Below the pieces are notes generated by a model. It searched no databases. It saw nothing but the letters and a program-made list of their open reading frames with translations, and was not told where the DNA came from. A program made the position numbers and the translations under genes. This document shows positions 43,430-56,463 of a stretch of 64,000 bases of DNA, in pieces. Every line of letters starts with the position of its first letter. Positions within the stretch are counted from its first letter, which is position 1. The stretch lies in the NCBI RefSeq assembly GCF_009914755.1, contig NC_060930.1, one strand, 5' to 3'. This DNA comes from the human T2T-CHM13v2.0 reference genome, Homo sapiens.

Positions 43430-44420
43430 GAATATTTTGTGATGATTAATAACCCATGTCTTCAAGTTCTTCCCGCAACTACCTTCATTGCCTTATCCCA
43501 TAAACATGTTCAAGTCTCCTTTGTGCTAAATCAAACTCTCTTGACTCTGCTTGGTTATAGCATTGTTCTTCTCATTCTATTTTCGGCCAAATTTCTAGGA
43601 AAAAGTTATTTCTACTGTTTCTACTTATACCTCCAATTTATGCTTCAGTCCCCTACAATCTAGTTGATACCACATGCTTGTCCAACCCACTCTACTGGTA
43701 TTGTTCTACGAACACCAATAACCATATCTCTGTCGTCATCCTGCTTGATTTTCCTGCTGCTGTAAATCCATTAGCCAGAGTCTTCGTGAATTCTATACTC
43801 TCATGGTTTTAGTTATACCACAGCTTCTTGGTTATTCTCATTCTCGGTCACTTCATGAGATTCTCTCTGTCCATCCAGCCTTAACTTTGGTGTTTCCTAG
43901 TGTCTGTTCTTGTTCACACTCCTCACTCTACTTGTTCTTTCTGGAGAACTTATTCCATTCTCAAATATTTAGCCTCTTTTTGTTTGCTGATGACTGGCAA
44001 TTGCCAGTCTTTAGCATGGGCGTCTCCCCTGTATCTCAGACTCATGGAATCAAATGTCTCCCCAACACCTTTATCTGGATGCATAACAGGAACTCACACT
44101 CAACATATTCAAAATAGAATTCTTTATTCCTTCCTCCTATCTCACAAAGATTTACTCTTCCAAAGGCTAATCCTTACCACAGTTGATGGCAACATCATAG
44201 TCTTTGTCATCCCCTACAGAAACCTGTGTTCCACCTCCACTCTCCCTGTCACCTTCTTCTCTTTTCTTTCTGTCACCTTCAACATGAATGGGTCACTTAA
44301 CCCTTTCAGTTCTATCACCTTGCCATACAGAATAGCCTCTGAACGGTAGTCTCGCTCATTCTAATTCATTGGCCTGTTAGAATAATCTATCGAAAATATA
44401 AATCTTGCTAGAAACTGGTG
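43430..44420 (+). mobile_element. L2 (degraded ORF2 region)
   Basis: Pyrimidine-rich L2-like motifs, e.g. TTTGCTGATGACTGGCAA and CTCACACTCAACATATTCAAAATAGAA. Confidence 0.6.
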
Positions 44421-44464
44421 TGAGATTCTGATAGGCTACTGTCTACAGCAGCAGTGCTCTTTCA

Positions 44465-44830
44465 GGTAGGCTACAAATTCTTCACTTTTTCAACTACTTA
44501 TCTCTGTGAGACTGGATTTTTTCAGACGTTTCAACGAAATCAACATAACACAGCAGATTGAATGCAGAAACAGATTTGAGAACCCAGCTGTCTTCTGTTA
44601 AGCCAGACATTAAAGAGACTTGCAAAAATATAAAGCGATGCCACCCTTCTCACTAAATTTGTTTCTTGTTTTGGAAAATATAGCTTTTTATAAAAATATG
44701 TTACTTAGGTTAACATGTAATAGAATTGCTTATTGTTATTTTAAAATGAAAGAATAAATAAATATTTTTAAATGCCTCAGTTGTAATGTCTAACACAGTA
44801 AATAGAGATTGATGGAACTCATGTATACCA
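44465..44830 (+). mobile_element. Charlie1-family DNA transposon 3' fragment
   Basis: CAACTACTTATCTCTGTGAGACTGGATTTT...AGATTGAATGCAGAA...CCAGCTGTCTTCTGTTAAGCCAGACATTAAAGAGA. Confidence 0.8.
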
Positions 44831-45384
44831 AGTTAACTGGAACAGACAAGGCCTAAATTTTGTTTTTAAAGCTGATACACTTATTCTGTTTATGGCAAAA
44901 AGCCTACCAGCCTGTATGAGTCAGCATCACTTTATTAATTATGAGTGGGCCCCTTTCCACCTTTAGACTTGAAGCTAAAACTGAAATGCTTAGGTCATTA
45001 ATCTTTGTACTGCAATGTTCATGTAAGAACTCATGCCTGTGGAATTCTCTAACTGAATCAGCAATTTCAAGAATTTTGAAGAATATTCTACTAAATGTCC
45101 CACAGGCTTAATACCTTTCCAACCAGTACGCGCAACACATAAATAAAAATAAATCAGCATGATTTGCTAACAAGGACTTAGCCCTGATCTGCTTTTACTA
45201 CTAAACGGGAATGGAAGCCATGCGTGCTGAGAAAAACATGTCTGGTTACACAGTTTATAGTTTACAGAGTTATTAGTTTCCAGTTATGATGCATGAGGAT
45301 CTGAAAGTAATGATATATGTATAATGATCTGAAAGTAATGACATTCTTCTATTGATAAGAAGAACAATATCATGATTCTGGTTA

Positions 45385-45755
45385 ATATGCATATATGTAC
45401 ATAGCTATGAATGTGTACAGGTATGGGGATGTGTACTGTTATGTGTATATGTATGGGCATGAGTGTGTACATGTGTAGGACTATGGCTATGCATCTGTGT
45501 ATGTGTACATGGACAGGTATGTGTTTGTGTATGTGTATGGGTATGGACATGCATGTATGTATGTGTATGGCTGTGTGTATGTTTATTGGCATGTTTATGG
45601 CCATATGTCAGTGCATGTGCATGGCTACAGGTATATGTATATGTGTATGTGTGGGTATGGGTGTGCGTGTGTCTGTGTGTACGTGTATAGCTATAGTTAT
45701 GTGTATATGTACAGGTATGGCTGTGTCTGGGTATGTGTATAGCTATAGGTATGCA
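45385..45755. repeat. Degenerate (ATGTGT/ATGGGT)n purine-pyrimidine low-complexity tract
   Basis: About 370 bp of 6-mer periodic TG/TA repeats; source of the M/C/V/Y-rich spurious ORFs. Confidence 0.9.
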
Positions 45756-45923
45756 GTAATACCTGGGTAAACAAATCTTAGGGGGCGGGCATGGAGATAG
45801 GTTTCATTCCTGACAACAAAATGTTCTGTTATTCCTTAATCTCCTTCTGCTTATTACCCTATGTTCCTCCTTTCTCTTTTCCCTCCCTCCTTCCTTTCTG
45901 TCTTATTCTTCCTCTATGTCCAG

Positions 45924-46173
45924 CAGCTCCCAGTCTTAGCTTTCAGAGGCTGTCTGCCCCAGGTCATGTGTGGCTTCTGGGGAAAGGAGCCTACTGACAC
46001 TCCTCAAAGTCAGCGGGCCTGCATTCCAGGCACTGCTGCTCAGAATGACGCAGGACCCTCGCAGCAAGGGATGGCCTGCGGCTCCCAGGGATATGCTAGA
46101 ACACTCAGATGCAATCTGACAGGCAGCTTCAGTGATTTGAAGGAATTCACAAAGAACGTTTTGCCCCTCCTGG
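45924..46173 (+). other. Candidate spliced exon of an unidentified, probably non-coding, transcript
   Basis: ~60-nt polypyrimidine tract ending CAG|CAG; donor CTGG|GTGAGT at 46174; GC-richer unique body. Confidence 0.35.
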
Positions 46174-47056
46174 GTGAGTTGAGCTCCCTGAAACTGTCAC
46201 TCTCCTTTCCCTCCATTGCTGCGCAAGGGCAGGTTGCAGACCCTAACCCACACTCTTTAGACAAAAATAGGGCTATTTGCCTGAGAGACACAAGGGTTTG
46301 AAATGTCTTAAAATTGTCCCTCATCATATGCCATTCAGTTAACCTTCTCCCAAATCTCACATCCCCATCCCCAGAAAAAGGAAAGAGGAGGAGAAAGAGG
46401 AACAGGAGAAGAAGCAGATAGCACTGTAATCTCCTTAAGGTAACAAAATATTATCTATCTCATAGTGAAAAGAGGCACTGAATGACATCGACTGTTAAGT
46501 CTCCTTGCATATTTGGGTCTGATTTTTATTGCTTCTGTGAAGGAAATTGATTAGAGAAAAAATGAAATCCTACTCCTCTCTATTTTAGTGTAAAATGTGC
46601 CCAGAATTTTAGGTTGATAAACAACTGAGATGTATTATTTTTTCAAGGCAAACATGTCTTAGGCTTCCTCCTGCAGAACCCTTGTAAAGTGAATCATTCT
46701 CTGAGTTTACTTGCCTCATATGAGTGATTTAATCCTAAGCTGCAGATGAGTATGAAATTGACTTTTTGAAAGTAAATTTTGTGTTTTATGTGTTTCATGT
46801 TAAGGACTGGCTGCTAAAAAAAATCATTGACATTTGACTCATTAAAATTTCCAAAATGTGCATGTGCAAGATTTTGAAGGTATAGGTCAGGTTATTCAAG
46901 TGTAACTTAAGCCATATGCCACAAACTTCTAAGAATCCCATTGAACAAAGATGACAACATTATTACAAATAAATAAATGAAGTCAAGAAAATTTACATTA
47001 ATCATCTTAAGTCTACTTTGGATTTTGAGCCCAGTAGTTTATCCTTAGGGCAATTC

Positions 47057-47090
47057 TTTCTCTCTCTCTCTCTCCTTTTTCTCTCTCTCT
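47057..47090. repeat. (CT)n microsatellite
   Basis: TCTCTCTCTCTCTCTCCTTTTTCTCTCTCTCT. Confidence 0.85.
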
Positions 47091-48016
47091 AACAAAGAGC
47101 CAGAAAATCACTTGTCAGCTTGAGAAAACCCATCCAGAAATATTCACCAATTTGTGTTTCTCAACAATAGGAGAATTGGCATTGTTAAAGAATGTGAAGA
47201 CCCCTCCTAATTTTAGGTGCATGTCTGGGCATTCTGAGGTTTGCTCATCCCCTGGGCAACCCAGAGCATAATATTTTATTGTGTTACGTCCTTTAATGGC
47301 TTTGGGTTTGCACTACACCAGCATAGCGCACCCTAGTACTGCTGATTTTCAATGACTCAACAGGTTCAGACTCATAGACAAGAATTTCAGAACCATCGCC
47401 CAGGCCTGAATCAACCAGGACTAAATCCAATTCATCACCTTGCAGTGAGATTTGTTTATTCTTGTTCCAAATGTGGTTCAAAGAAAAACAAAACCTAGGG
47501 AATCTGGGTACAATTTGTCAGCTTTCAAATAGCAATTATTTTAATGACACTATATAGAATAGACTCGGTCACCCTGCCACTACTAGAATTCTTTTGACTT
47601 CTTTTACTTGACCAAGAGAGTCAGAAACAAGTCATCAATATTATTTATTGTTCTTAAAGAAAAAAAATGAATAATATACAAAGCCTTTCAGAAAAAAAAG
47701 ATGGTACATCAGAATATTCATAATCCTTCCATTGTCTCCGGTTTTTGTTATTTAATTCTTACCCTGTTTATGGGTGCTCTTTGGAGCCCCATTTGTGTTT
47801 ATTGGCAGGAATTATCTCAGGGAACATCTGTCTCATATAAATCTCCATTGAATTTTTTGGACCTTGGTTGAAATGGTACTAATCATATTATTGATAAATT
47901 ACCACATATTGTATCATTCAACTGCAACTCTATTCTGGGAGTAGTAAATCCTGAAACTCTGGAAGTGGTCCCATTGACAAATTGGGTGTTGGGGTCCCAC
48001 CAGTAACTCTTTGCAA

Positions 48017-48305
48017 TTTTTTTTGAGACAGGGTCTCGCTGTGTCACCCAGGCTGGAGTGCAGTTGTGCAAACACTGCTTAATGCAGTCTCAACCTCCCA
48101 GGCTCAAGAGATCTTCCCACCTCACCCTCCTGAGTAGCTGAGATCACAGGGGCCACCATGCTTGGCTAATTTTAAAAATTTTTTTGTTAAGGTGGGGGTC
48201 TCCTTATGTTACCCAGGCTAGTCTCAAACTCCTGGCCTTAAGCGATCCACTCGCCTCGGCCTCCCAAAGTGCTCGGATTACAGGCATGAGCCACAGGGCC
48301 TGGCC
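48017..48305 (-). mobile_element. AluJ
   Basis: Full dimer; TSD ACTCTTTGCAA (48006) / ACTCTTTCCAA (48306). Confidence 0.92.
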
Positions 48306-49109
48306 ACTCTTTCCAAATTCTAACATCTCTAGTGAATGCCATTTTTCTCACTGACTTTGAAGATGATCCTTCCCACCACTGATGGAATAAAATCCCTAAG
48401 AAGGGCAGATGGGTATGGGGGATGGGGGATGGTGAGGAGATAGACTCTTCCCCAGCCACAACCGAAACTCTTACTGCCCCTGACTATTTCACAGTACAGC
48501 AAGGACACCATAAACAACCTATGATTTCCAAAGGGTGCTCTACCTTTGCTTTAAAGATAAATTTAAAAAGAATCTTTCCAACCTCTTGGAAAGAATTACT
48601 GATAGGCAGAAAAGTCTATTAGAAAACGCCACAGCTTGGAAACCATGGAAAGTTTCTGTTTTTGTGTGATTTGAGCTGGTCAATGTTGTGGAGTAAACTG
48701 ATAATTCTTCTTCCCTGCCAGCATTAGGAGAAATATCCTTTAGCTTCTTTCAAGAGAGCGAGGCCCGCCTCTGAGCTTAAATCAACTACCTCAGGACACT
48801 GGATGATGCTCTCACTGTTTATAGAGACGGTTGGAAACAAGTCTTGCAAGGTATTTGGATAGAACTGACTGTTGTGGGTCAAGACCACAGCTATACAAAT
48901 TGTTATTTAAAAACCATGACATCAATTGTGGTATTTCTTAGTGTTAGAGTGAGATATTTTTTTTTATGTCCTTTTGTGGGACAATGTATTTGCTAGCCAT
49001 GAAAACTCTCACACAGCTTGTCCAAACACACTTTGCCTGTGACATGCAATCCATCTTCCTTCAACTGAGGTAAATCATTTCTCAGAAGTCTACAAGAAGC
49101 TCCAAATGA

Positions 49110-49446
<337 letters not shown>

Positions 49447-51644
49447 TTAAACTGAAGTTTGGTTGTTTCCATGAGCAGGTAGGTTACTAAAGTGAACATC
49501 TTGGAGATCCCATACAACACATGGATCAACAGAGCCGCTGATGAATTAAACACTCTGGTATCTGAGCATACAATGTTTTGTTCTGCTTGTGATGGCAGGA
49601 GTTAACATTTGAGTCTATTGAAATTCAAATAGGGCCTCCCTTAGCAATTTATCCATGTCTATCTTTGGGATTTATCTATCTCAGTTTGTGTCCCAGTCAT
49701 ATATGAGTCCCTGCTCTAACTCTAACCAGACAATCTCTAACATGGATATGACTGGTTAGAGACAGTAATACCCATGTTGGCTGGATACAGGTCTGAATTC
49801 CTTTTCCTTACTCAGTATTACTCTAGTAAGAAAGAGTGCATACTCTTGGTAAATAAATTGTTAATGAGTATAAGTAGATATTGTCTGAAGAATATTTTGT
49901 TTCTTCTAAACAGGCATACATTTATACAGAGAGACATATGTTGATGACTACATTCTTAGGACTGAGAAACTTTTTGTTCCTGTTCCTGGGTAAATGATAT
50001 TTAATTTATTTTGGAGAAAAATTTCTATTATTGGTTTTCCACACTTTCAAAACGCAGGACAGACACAAGGAGACAGACTGGTTGATTTTTGGAAGTAATT
50101 TGATGTTTCTCTAATATTGGCCTTAACTTCCAATTGATGTTTAAGCTAATTTTCTTTTAAAAGAGAAGTTAGTTACTGCCTCCCTTAAAAAAGAAAAATA
50201 AAACTCCTAAGAAACCTATCAAAATATCAAAATACTTTATATAATTAATTACAAGTTAATAGTTATAGCCAATAATTAAAATTGTAAATCTTAGATGTAT
50301 TCAGTGATCCTCTGAAAAATGTAAGCTGAAATTTCACTTCTTTATTGGATTGCTCTCTGTTCTACCAGGCTTTGTCTAATTATCAAAAGAAAAGTAATAT
50401 AAACTATACTTGATTAAACATTGTGGACAGAACGAAAACCCCAAATAATTTCTTTTTACCATGCAGCTCCTAAGGAAAAATACCTTCAAAATGCTGCAAG
50501 CACAATTTATTTAAATCACGCGACTTCCAGGTCTATTGCATCCAACAGATGGAGAGGACTTTTTGCCCTGTCCAGACAGACACCAAGTTTAAAAACATGT
50601 TTAAAAAGCCCAAGCACCTTTTTGATCTAACTTTAAAAAGCATTGTCAATGTCAAGAACACGGTGACTGTGGCTTGTTTATTATGCTAGGAGGAGTCTTC
50701 TATGTTGTATTGTTTGTGTGGTATGAAGCGACATTGTATGCCTGCTGTCCCTCTGGGACCCTCATGAAAAGGAGGTATTTATGTCCCTGCCTGTGCCCGT
50801 AAATGAATTGCCCCCTAAAGTAAATATAATATATAAAGCTATGTCTGGCTCCAAAGTCATGCTATGTGCCTCCCTCTGGCTATAGAGGAAGTTACTCTTG
50901 CTTATCAGAAGGCCAAATTTGGCGTGGCATTATTAGGTTGCAGGCAATATGGTAATGGGACCCAGAGAAGTGGTTTTAACCAACAGAGAATGCCTCTGAG
51001 CCTGCTGGCTGCCAGGGGAAGTGTACATTACCTTACCCTTGAGCTCGGAGAACTTATGTAAATGCAAAGAGAAGTCAGATCCTTTGAGAATTGGCATCAT
51101 ATCACTAGTTCGTGCAGGGGAAGTGGTTAAAGACATCAATGTGAAAATACATTTTCACTTCTATGGCATGGAAGTTGGAAAAACTAGAATTTATTTTACT
51201 TTCTTGCTCTAAATCAATCAGGAATTACTAAGCTCCCATGAGGAAACCAAATATGCAGGAAGTTAGCCACTTGACATGACTGCGGCCACATTTCAAGCTA
51301 GACAATGAGACAGGACAATAGAGAAGGAAAGTCAGGTTGAAATTATATGGCTTCATGGCTGAACAATGCCATTTATTTCCTCTTCCTGATGCACAGCTTC
51401 TGCCCATGAGCCATCAGTTCTATCCAATTCTTTTCTATTTCTCCAGGTTCTTCAGAATATTTGTGTCTGATGTCAGTTGTTAGTTCAATTGCATTGTTAG
51501 AGTTAAATAACATTGCTTTGAAGCCATGAACATATGGATTAAAATGCAGACTCTGCTGCTTGCTGGCTCTGTGGCTTTATACGGCCTTTCTGAGCCCTGC
51601 TTGTTTTATGAAAACATCATACAATCTATATTAAAAGTTAGATG

Positions 51645-51963
<319 letters not shown>

Positions 51964-52246
51964 TCATGGAAAGTGAAGATTTGAAAGCAGATCATCATTA
52001 TAAGATATGAGAAAAACAACTCATCAAAAATATTTTAAGAGAAAGCATTATTTTAAGAGAAAGCATTAAACTGAGGTATATTTTGTTAATTACTATCCTA
52101 AAACTTTTAGTGCTTACCACGTGTAATGTGTTGGCATAATAGAAGACATAATTTCTCCCAAAGGCGTCAAACTTGTCCTTGATACTCAAGTGAAGATATT
52201 GGTCAGATGTTACTGATTTTAATTTAAAATTCAGAAATAGAAATAT

Positions 52247-52370
52247 GCCAGGCACTGTGGCTAACGCCTATAATCCCAGCACTTTAGGAGGCAAGGCGGG
52301 AAGATCACTTGAGCCTGGAAGATTGAGGCTGAAGTGAGCTATGATTGCACCACTGCACTCCAGCCCAAGC

Positions 52371-52404
<34 letters not shown>

Positions 52405-52462
52405 CCATCTCAAAAAGAGAGAGAGAGAGAGACCCCATCTCAAAAAAAAAGAGAGAGAGAGA
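52247..52462 (+). mobile_element. Monomer-length Alu (left-arm start fused to right-arm end) with (GA)n expansions and a duplicated 3' end
   Basis: CCCAGCACTTTAGGAGG (left arm) runs into GAGGCTGAAGTGAGCTATGATTGCACCACTGCACTCCAGCC (right arm); GAGAC(T/C)CCATCTCAAAAA occurs twice. Confidence 0.82.
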
Positions 52463-52823
52463 AAATAAAGTTTCAGAAAGACTTCTGAATCTTAAAAAAT
52501 TAAACATAAGTCTATGAAAACATAAGCAATAGTCTCATACTATTGTATGAGTGGTCTCTTCTTTTCTTTCTCTCCCAAGGATATCCTTCTCAGCCTAAAA
52601 CACTTTTGTCGACACTTCGCCCAATATCCATCACATTTTACATCTGCTAAGAATTTTAACTTTTATTGTCAGTTTAACCAACAATTCAATAATATAGAAA
52701 GCGGAAGAATCAGGATTGATTCAGCCAATTCAAACTTTACATACTGAGGCATTTGCAGCAAATCTAGTAAACATCTTTGGATTTTCCAGAAACTTAAAGC
52801 AGTCTATTTGTTTGTGTCTCCCT

Positions 52824-52993
52824 GTTTTGTTTTGTTTTTTTTTTTTTTTTTGAGGTGGGGGTCTCGCTCTGTTGCCCAGGCTGGAGTTCAGTGGTGCAAC
52901 CATAGCTCACAACAGCCTCCGCCTCCCGGACTCAAGTGATCCTCCTACCTCAGCCTCCTGAGTAGCTGAGACCACACGTTTCATTCACCATAT
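52824..52993 (-). mobile_element. AluJ right arm only
   Basis: Poly-T, GGGTCTCGCTCTGTTGCCCAGGCTGGAG...GATCCTCCTACCTCAGCCTCC. Confidence 0.88.
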
Positions 52994-53459
52994 CATCTCA
53001 AAGCTTAAATAAGAGCCTGTCAAGCACCAAATAAAGTTGGAGTAGGAAGAGTGGTGTCAAACTTTTGAAGAGAAAGTTTTAAACTGAGCATTCCAAGAAA
53101 TAACTGGTGTTTTCTCTTCCTCTTGCTGATTGGAGAAACTGAAGGATGGAGCAATTAAAATTTCCCAACCCCATTCAGTGGAAAAGGAAACATACTGTGG
53201 AAAGAATTGCTAGCAATTGTAGTCAGTGTCCATCTCTATGGATTTGGCGTGGAAATTCACATTACAACAAGTGAAAAACAACTCACGGTACCCTCAATAC
53301 AATGGGCATCGATTCTGCTTCCCTTGGTGATTTAAAAACAAATCTGGATCTGGATATATGTGCTTTAGAAAATGCAATTTGTCGACTTGGTTGTTACTAT
53401 ATGGCATTTGTAGAGCTTGACTTAGGCTTGTCTTAAAAAAAAAGCTTCTTAAAACTGTA

Positions 53460-54600
53460 TGCCTTTATCAGAAGTCGCCCCTCGGCTATTTACAAGTGCC
53501 ATGGTTACAGACCTGCTAGACTGATGATATTCACATGCAGGAAACAATGCAAGGAAAACAGGATTTGCACGGCTCCGACTGCACTGGCCCAAGAATTCCA
53601 GGAAGTGATTGTACTTTATGAAACCGTCTGTGCTCCGCTAGATTGTCTATAGCTTTTAAGGTCAAGTCCTATCACGGCGAGTTTGCAATGCCCTTTGTAA
53701 CAAGGCAGAGTGTTTATGAAGCTGAGTACATGCTGTATTGTTTATCAGCCCAGGCAGTTGAAAGGTGCGATATTCCAATCTTGTGGTTCAGGATGGCACT
53801 GGGAATCGATCACAGGCTTTTCTGACATAGGCTTGGGATTAGTTCAAAGAGTCCCTGGCAACAGTGACCATGCGACAGTCCAGCACATGGAGAAAGTCAC
53901 GAAGCCCACAGTCCCTGACAGGAGAGATGGGTTTGTGTGGGAGATCAATGTGGGGAGCACTGTGAGTTTATGTTTTAAGATCCCTGTGCTTCCTGCTGTA
54001 GCTGAGCAGTCTCCTTGGAGAGTGAAAGGTGCTGGCGTACAGTAACTGCTGATTCTGAGAGTACGGAAAGGAGAGTGAGACAACAATGGAATTTATTTCT
54101 TCGTAAGAGAGCTGGGAGGCAGCCAGGCATTCCAGGCCCTTGCTCTCGAATTCTTTGATTTCTCTACATGCATAATGACTAGAGACTCCTGTTGCCTCTG
54201 GACTCGGGGATACTGGAGCCGGACAGTGGACGCCCAAACCGCTCATGTTACTCCACAGCCCTGCCTAATTTTAGGCGCCAAGGCTGGACGTGACTGACCA
54301 GACTCCTGCTCGCTCCCTCTCCACGAATGATGTTGGTCCCTGAAGCTAGGTTAAACAAGCAATAGTCCACAGCTATTGTTAAGGACGCTGTCGTGATGGA
54401 ATCAGCTGGGCACTGGGCATCCTTTGCACTCGGAGTGATGGCGGCTAGCCAGGCATCTGTGAACTTTCTGGAGACATTTAGGTGTTGTGTACCAAAGTCA
54501 CGGCACCTTAGGGGCAAGCATGATCCCCCAGTGTTTTCAGATGCGTGGACTGAATGAACCTCAGTGAGTGACTGCTGATGTCAAATCAATCAATATCGAT
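53460..54600. promoter_or_regulatory. CpG-retaining unique segment, candidate enhancer or weak promoter
   Basis: About 31 CpGs counted by eye in ~1.1 kb with no recognisable repeat; TTCCAGGAAGT 53596, TGTTTAT x2, AACAATG x2, CATTCCA 54128. Confidence 0.45.
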
Positions 54601-55219
54601 TTAATGAAGTCTGTTAGTTTATAAGTCAAGTGACTTGCCATTAGGGACTGTTTCCTCAAGGATGACAAAATAAATAACAACAATGAAATACTTTTTATCC
54701 AGTTACCACGTTCTGTGCCCCATACTGGCTTTTGAAGATCTGGCTTTGCAATGTAGCGTTGTATTTTATTGACTGAATTTTATTTTATTTCTAAATTCAT
54801 AGGCATCTTGAGGTTCATCACTTCATAGGTACTCTGGACTAACATCACATAGTTATCAAGCCTTTTAATAAAACTGTTATTTTTTTCTAGTAGACTCAAT
54901 AGAGGACCATTGTTGGATGTCTTATAGGCATAACTACCTCATAAAGGGTTGCTAATTACTGGCCAAAACACTTAACTAAATAAAAATTAAAAGTTCCACT
55001 CATCAGGTAAGAAGAGTCCTGAAACCTGTGTTTTGGTCTTGACTCTCCCATTAACTCCTAGGAAATTTTACCTCCCCCAGTGACAGACATTGGGATAATC
55101 ATTCCCTGCCCCTTTGTTTTTCCTCTGCAAAAAGAGGTGCTTTAAATATGTAATTGATCTCTAGGGGATTTCCCATCTATGAAGATTGAATCTCTAACAC
55201 TCGGCCTGTAAGTCAGAAG

Positions 55220-55758
55220 ACTCAGAGGTGTTTGAACCAGAGCAACTCCATCTCGAATAGGAGCTGGGTAAAATAAGGCTGATACTTGCTGGGCTGCATT
55301 CCTACTAAGTTAGGCATTCTAAGTCATAGGATGAGATCGGAGGTCGCACAAAATACAGGTCATAAAGACATTGCTGATAAAACAGGTTGCAGTAAAAAAA
55401 GCCTGCCAAAACCCACCCAGTCAAGACAAGAGTGACTTCTGGTTGTCCTCACTGCTACACTCCCACCAGCACTGTGATAGTTTACAAATGCCATGGCAAC
55501 ATCATGAAGTTACCCTATAGGGTTTAAAAAGGGGAGGCATGAATAACCCACGCCTTGCTTAGCATATCATCAAGATATAACCATAAAAATGGACAACCAG
55601 TAGCTCTCAGAGCTGCTCTGCTTCTGTACGCCATTCTTTTATTCCTTTACTTTTTTAATAAACTTGCTTTCACTTTACTCTATGGATTCACCTCAAATCC
55701 TTTCTTGCGCAAGATCCAAGAACCCTGTCTCGTGGTCTGTTACCCCTTTCCGGTAACA
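55220..55758 (+). mobile_element. MER41A solo LTR (ERV1)
   Basis: TCAGAGGTGTTTGAACCAGAGCAACTCCATC ... GGGGAGGCATGAATAA ... AATAAACTTGCTTTCAC ... CCCCTTTCCGGTAACA. Confidence 0.92.
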
Positions 55759-56013
55759 TTTAGAGAGGGAAAGTGAAAGCTTCCTAGGAGAAGTAGGAAA
55801 GTAGAAAAACAAAGGAGGAAAAAAAAAAAACAAAGTATGAAAATTTGAGGAGAAATACTGCTATAGGGAGAAAAATAATTAATAATTATTTACTTTGTAA
55901 ATATAAAGTATTATTTTTAATACTTTTTTCACATTTATTAAATCCTTAGAAAAATTCTAGGAATTTGATATTATGATTTTTTAATGAACAAATAAGGAAA
56001 CTGAAGTTTGTAA

Positions 56014-56463
<450 letters not shown>

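Noticed and set aside
45284-45770. Four overlapping ORFs rich in M/C/V/Y/H/I
   Set aside because: Artefacts of the TG/TA low-complexity tract, which lacks stop codons.
47293-47481. Protein-looking - strand peptide GDELDLVLVDSGLGDGSEILVYESEPV...
   Set aside because: No ATG, no proper polypyrimidine acceptor and no family I recognise; BLASTP/PhyloCSF would be needed to revive it.
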